DNA of 20,000 nucleotides from Myxococcota bacterium (GTDB taxonomy: Bacteria > Myxococcota_C > UBA6777), in assembly GCA_023150835.1 (NCBI GenBank), contig JAKLKB010000009.1:61976-81975 (forward strand), read 5' to 3'. The translations under genes and the position numbers were made by a program. Under the pieces are notes generated by a model, which was not told the origin of the DNA, did not search any database, and was given only the letters and a program-made list of their open reading frames with translations. Below, piece by piece: positions 16,580 through 20,000 of this stretch; within the stretch, counting starts at the first letter, position 1; each line of letters opens with the position of its first letter.

Positions 16580-17602
16580 ATGAGCAAGCCCATCCCAACC
16601 AAAACATCCCAACCAAACACGACGCTCCCTCTTCTCCCATCCGCCCCTCGCGTATCGCCAACATCAACTCCTCCCAAAAAGACGGCTCCCGCCCCTTTTC
16701 CACAAAATGCCTTTTGTGAAAACAACCAAAACAAACAGCATCAAATTCAAAAACTTACCGGAAAAACAGGAACAAACGAAGCAAACAAAAGAAATCTACT
16801 GCAAAAGCAAGTCGAAAAAAGAACGCCGACTATGCCCATACCGAAAACAGCTACCCCCAGCAACACAGCGGAAGATGTTGTTTGCCTTGCTGTAAAGGTT
16901 ACCACCGAAAAACGTCCATTCAACGTTGCCGCCCAAACAGCGCGCCTCATGTGCGAAACCAGAAAAGCCCAAAGCGAACTCCAAAAAGCCAAATCCGAAC
17001 CCTCCTTGCTTAATAAAGCCTCCGCCGCGCTGCACACCACACAAGCCGCCCACACCACCGCCCACACCATCGCCAACCAAGCTGTCAAGCGAAAAGCAAC
17101 ACAACAAGCCCAACAAGCCGTCACCACACAGATGAGAACCAATTCAGGTTTCAATAAGCAACCCAAAACGATCACAAAAGGGGGCAAACAGATACCAAAC
17201 CCCCAACGACCACGAACCCCGCTCGCTATGCAACAAGAAGCCAAAAAAGCAGCACAACGAGTCATGCGCGCATCAAGCAAGGGAACCGCCGAGATGGCAA
17301 AAGCCGCAGGCGTTAAAAATCTCCAAAGCAAAGCCCTCGAAACCTCCACAAAAACCCTCAGCAATGGCTCCAAAGCAACCCGTTTCTTGTCGCGTGGTGT
17401 CCCTCTTCTTTCTGCTGCAACCGCAACCGTCGATAGCGCCGAATACAAAAAAACACTCAACGACTTTGTCAAAGGAAAAGCAAGCCGTACAAAGCTCGTC
17501 GCGGCCTACTGCGCAGCAGCCTTTTCGTGGATTGGCGTAAAAGTCCCTGCTTTCGGCATCGTCGGCGGTGTCGCAGGCATCGTCCGCGACACAGTCAAGT
17601 GA
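16580..17602 (+). CDS. Basic Ala/Lys/Thr/Gln-rich hypothetical protein with hydrophobic C-terminal helices
   Basis: 340-aa ORF with AAGGA RBS and promoter motifs. Disordered Pro/Thr-rich N-terminus, helical middle, C-terminus LVAAYCAAAFSWIGVKVPAFGIVGGVAGIV. Confidence 0.8.
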   Translation: MSKPIPTKTSQPNTTLPLLPSAPRVSPTSTPPKKTAPAPFPQNAFCENNQNKQHQIQKLTGKTGTNEANKRNLLQKQVEKRTPTMPIPKTATPSNTAEDVVCLAVKVTTEKRPFNVAAQTARLMCETRKAQSELQKAKSEPSLLNKASAALHTTQAAHTTAHTIANQAVKRKATQQAQQAVTTQMRTNSGFNKQPKTITKGGKQIPNPQRPRTPLAMQQEAKKAAQRVMRASSKGTAEMAKAAGVKNLQSKALETSTKTLSNGSKATRFLSRGVPLLSAATATVDSAEYKKTLNDFVKGKASRTKLVAAYCAAAFSWIGVKVPAFGIVGGVAGIVRDTVK

Positions 17603-17614
17603 GGAATCATAACG

Positions 17615-18709
17615 ATGCAAACCTCCCATTTTCCCTCTTTGTTTCCGAGCAAAAACGCGGAGCAGATCATCTCGGCGATCCTTACAGCTTCGTTGACGAT
17701 GCCCCCTCAAAATAGCCCAGAAACGCCAGCAGCCGAGACGGAGCAACTCGTCCAGCAGCTTGCCCATCAAAGAACAACTCTGATCAATTTCTCCGAAAAA
17801 ACAAGTATCTCCGAAGAAACACTCTCCGTTTTGATCGCGGAACGCTTTGCATCCCTGCGCATCGCTTCTGCCCAAAAACGGCTCAAAAAGCAAGACGAAT
17901 CGCTCCAGATCGGAGACGAAGTCACGCTCAACATCGTTGGCTACACTTCCGAAGGGCTGCTACCTTTCAGCATCCACGAAGGAGTCACGCTCATACTCGA
18001 AGAAAATACGATTCTCCCTACGTTCGGAACCGCTTTGGTAGGCGTTGCTGTCGGCGAAACCGCAACGATCCAAGTCCCTCTCCCAAAAGACTACGAGATC
18101 GAATCTCTTCGCCGCCAAACCGCATCGTTTGTCATCCAAGTCCTCGAAGTCTACGAACTCAGCTTGCCTTCTGCTCGCGATCCTGAGTTTCTTGCTTCGC
18201 TCGATCTGCCTCGATCTCTAGAAGATGCGCTTGCCATGCTTGGCGAAGAGATTCTTGAAGAACACAACGATCACACCGAACACCAAAACACTCGCGATAC
18301 CTTTGAAGCGCTGATGTCCCTGTTCTCCTACCACATCTCCGATGAAGAAATCGCACGACGCATCCAAGAGCGATGGTACTCAACAGAAGGGCAATTTCTT
18401 GAAAAAAGCGAATTTCCTCGCCAAGACATCGAAGAATCTCTCGCTGCTTGGTTAAATCACCCGCCTATCCGTGAACACGAACGCCGCAACGCGGCTGCCG
18501 CTCAGCTTCTCGATGACCTTGGTTGCTTCTTTGCTATCCGCCTCCACGAGGAAGACGTCATCCCTTACTTAGTGGAAGCTACAAAAGTAGAATCTTCTCC
18601 TTTCCCTCAAGAGGCATCCGACGAAGAACAACAAAGCATACAGCAGATTGCGTGGTACCTGCTCCAACAAAAAACCCTCCAAGCTCTTATGGACGCCGTG
18701 TTTGCTTAG
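17615..18709 (+). CDS. Trigger-factor-like protein (FKBP-type domain + helical C-domain) lacking the ribosome-binding signature
   Basis: IGDEVTLNIVGY...ILPTFGTALVGVAVGETATIQVPLPKDY..ESLRRQTASFVIQVLEV follows the trigger factor FKBP pattern. No GFRxGxxP motif. Very acidic. Starts 12 bp after the preceding gene. Confidence 0.8.
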   Translation: MQTSHFPSLFPSKNAEQIISAILTASLTMPPQNSPETPAAETEQLVQQLAHQRTTLINFSEKTSISEETLSVLIAERFASLRIASAQKRLKKQDESLQIGDEVTLNIVGYTSEGLLPFSIHEGVTLILEENTILPTFGTALVGVAVGETATIQVPLPKDYEIESLRRQTASFVIQVLEVYELSLPSARDPEFLASLDLPRSLEDALAMLGEEILEEHNDHTEHQNTRDTFEALMSLFSYHISDEEIARRIQERWYSTEGQFLEKSEFPRQDIEESLAAWLNHPPIREHERRNAAAAQLLDDLGCFFAIRLHEEDVIPYLVEATKVESSPFPQEASDEEQQSIQQIAWYLLQQKTLQALMDAVFA

Positions 18710-18732
18710 ACCACCCAGAACCCAACCATTGC

Positions 18733-19599
18733 TCATAGCTTCCCTGTGCGGAACATCTTCTCCAGTCGCTCGACCTTTTTCTTCTGTTCTTCTGGAATCG
18801 GGATACAAAAGTGAATCCGATCTTCCCACACCTTCCGTGTTCGGGTCGAGCGCCTTGATTCAAGAGTCAATCGGATCGCGTATCTTCGAGGATTTTCTTT
18901 TTGGATAGAAACGACCTCGACCAACACCATCCGAAAGATATCCCGCAGACGCCAAATTACCCACCGAGGACCGAGTAGCATGACACCCGGATACAAGATC
19001 ACCTCGTGTTCCCTTCGGCTCATGCGATAAAAAGGATAGAGAAAATACAATGTCCCCAAGATCCCCGCGCTCACAAACAAAAACATCACGGGCAGATGTT
19101 CCTCAAACATCATCCCAAAAGACAGACGCTTTTCTCTCTCCCAATCCAAGAAAAAAGATCCTCCCACAGACAAACAAGTCGCCCCCAACACAACGGCCCA
19201 CACCATCAAAACGTACCTCACCACGATCGGCTTGTTGTTTTCGTACCAATCCTCTCCTTTGATCGAAAAGCGAGCCAAGGGTTCTTCCTTTCTCAGATCC
19301 TCAACGAGCTGCTCCACAGCTTTTGCTTGCCTGCGAACCCAATACATCGGAGCCAAACACAACAACGAAAAGATGCCCGCAAACCCCGACAACGCCACCC
19401 ATAACACACCCTTTAGAGAGAAGTTCTTTCCATCCGAAGGCACTCCGACCGAAAAAAACGTGTATTCCCAGATCTCTTTGTTGCTCCCGATCGCCCAAAA
19501 AATAGCCGCACAAAAAAACAACCCTGAGCAAATCAACCCCCTTTTAAGGGCCAAACGATACGGATTCGGCGGGAAAGCAACGGCCTTTTTTTCTTCCAC
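18733..19599 (-). CDS. Hypothetical membrane protein, about 4 TM helices plus a soluble C-terminal domain
   Basis: Four hydrophobic segments. Likely GTG start at 19599 after GGGAG; the ORF-track start at 19662 lies inside repeat copy C. Confidence 0.75.
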   Translation of the reverse strand: MEEKKAVAFPPNPYRLALKRGLICSGLFFCAAIFWAIGSNKEIWEYTFFSVGVPSDGKNFSLKGVLWVALSGFAGIFSLLCLAPMYWVRRQAKAVEQLVEDLRKEEPLARFSIKGEDWYENNKPIVVRYVLMVWAVVLGATCLSVGGSFFLDWEREKRLSFGMMFEEHLPVMFLFVSAGILGTLYFLYPFYRMSRREHEVILYPGVMLLGPRWVIWRLRDIFRMVLVEVVSIQKENPRRYAIRLTLESRRSTRTRKVWEDRIHFCIPIPEEQKKKVERLEKMFRTGKL

Positions 19600-19632
19600 G
19601 ATATTTTTACTCCCATAGGTGTGAAATGTTTG

Positions 19633-19755
19633 CCAAAAAACCCCGTGTTCGCAACTGCCCAAGCGTGGGCGTCATTGGTTTGAAGCACAATGCTCTCCTC
19701 GCCATACGGGGTCAAGGGAGCCGCGCTCCCTTGTGGGGCGTGGGGCAATGCCCCA
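19633..19755 (+). repeat. ~125-nt structured dispersed repeat, copy C
   Basis: CCAAAAAACCCCGTGTTCG...ATACGGGGTCAAGGGAGCCGCGCTCCCTTGTGGGGCGTGGGGCAATGCCCCA. Confidence 0.85.
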
Positions 19756-20000
19756 TAGGCGTTAGGTTAAGTTGGAAACACCGGATAGTCTAGCCTGATC
19801 GCCGTTTCTTTTGTCGCCCCCCCCTCAATCCCCCCGTGAACGGGGGGAAGTTGGAACGGGCAGCGTCTGCGCGTCGTGCATACAGCGTGCGTCATGAAAA
19901 AACAAAATCCCCGCTGCTTCCGACTTTCGCTCCCTCCCCTGTTCACGGGGGAGGGCTGGGGTGGGGGGGCCAACAAGCGCTTAACCTAACGCCTATGGGG
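19751..20000. mobile_element. 250-bp non-coding element with perfect 21-bp terminal inverted repeats (MITE-like); may extend past the window edge
   Basis: CCCCATAGGCGTTAGGTTAAG (19751-19771) is the exact reverse complement of 19980-20000. Contains two inversely oriented hairpins at 19829-19848 and 19932-19955. Confidence 0.7.

Noticed and set aside
17615-18709. Housekeeping trigger factor (tig)
   Set aside because: No ribosome-binding signature, shorter than usual, and not beside clpP/clpX, so the symbol is withheld.

Overview
GC-rich bacterial chromosomal window whose gene content suggests Myxococcota or a related deltaproteobacterium (inference). Left to right it holds: a large secreted S41/PDZ carboxyl-terminal protease; a small Gly/Ala-rich protein with a T3SS needle/rod-like C-terminus; a minus-strand cluster of a degenerate Fe-S fumarase beta-subunit homologue, sucC and sucD; two Hanks-type Ser/Thr kinases (one with TM + FGE/SUMF1 domain); a secreted cationic 14-Cys CX5C peptide; an ECF sigma / zinc-finger anti-sigma / secreted caspase operon; a sigma54+IHF-type promoter ahead of a basic Ala/Lys/Gln-rich protein and an acidic trigger-factor-like protein; and a 4-TM membrane protein. 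Intergenic DNA carries three families of small non-coding repeats: a 115-bp TIR-bounded GTAG-REP element, a ~125-nt strand-specific structured repeat with covarying stems, and a 250-bp element with perfect 21-bp inverted ends. No CRISPR, tRNA, rRNA or transposase is visible. All calls come from reading motifs by eye; no database searches were run.
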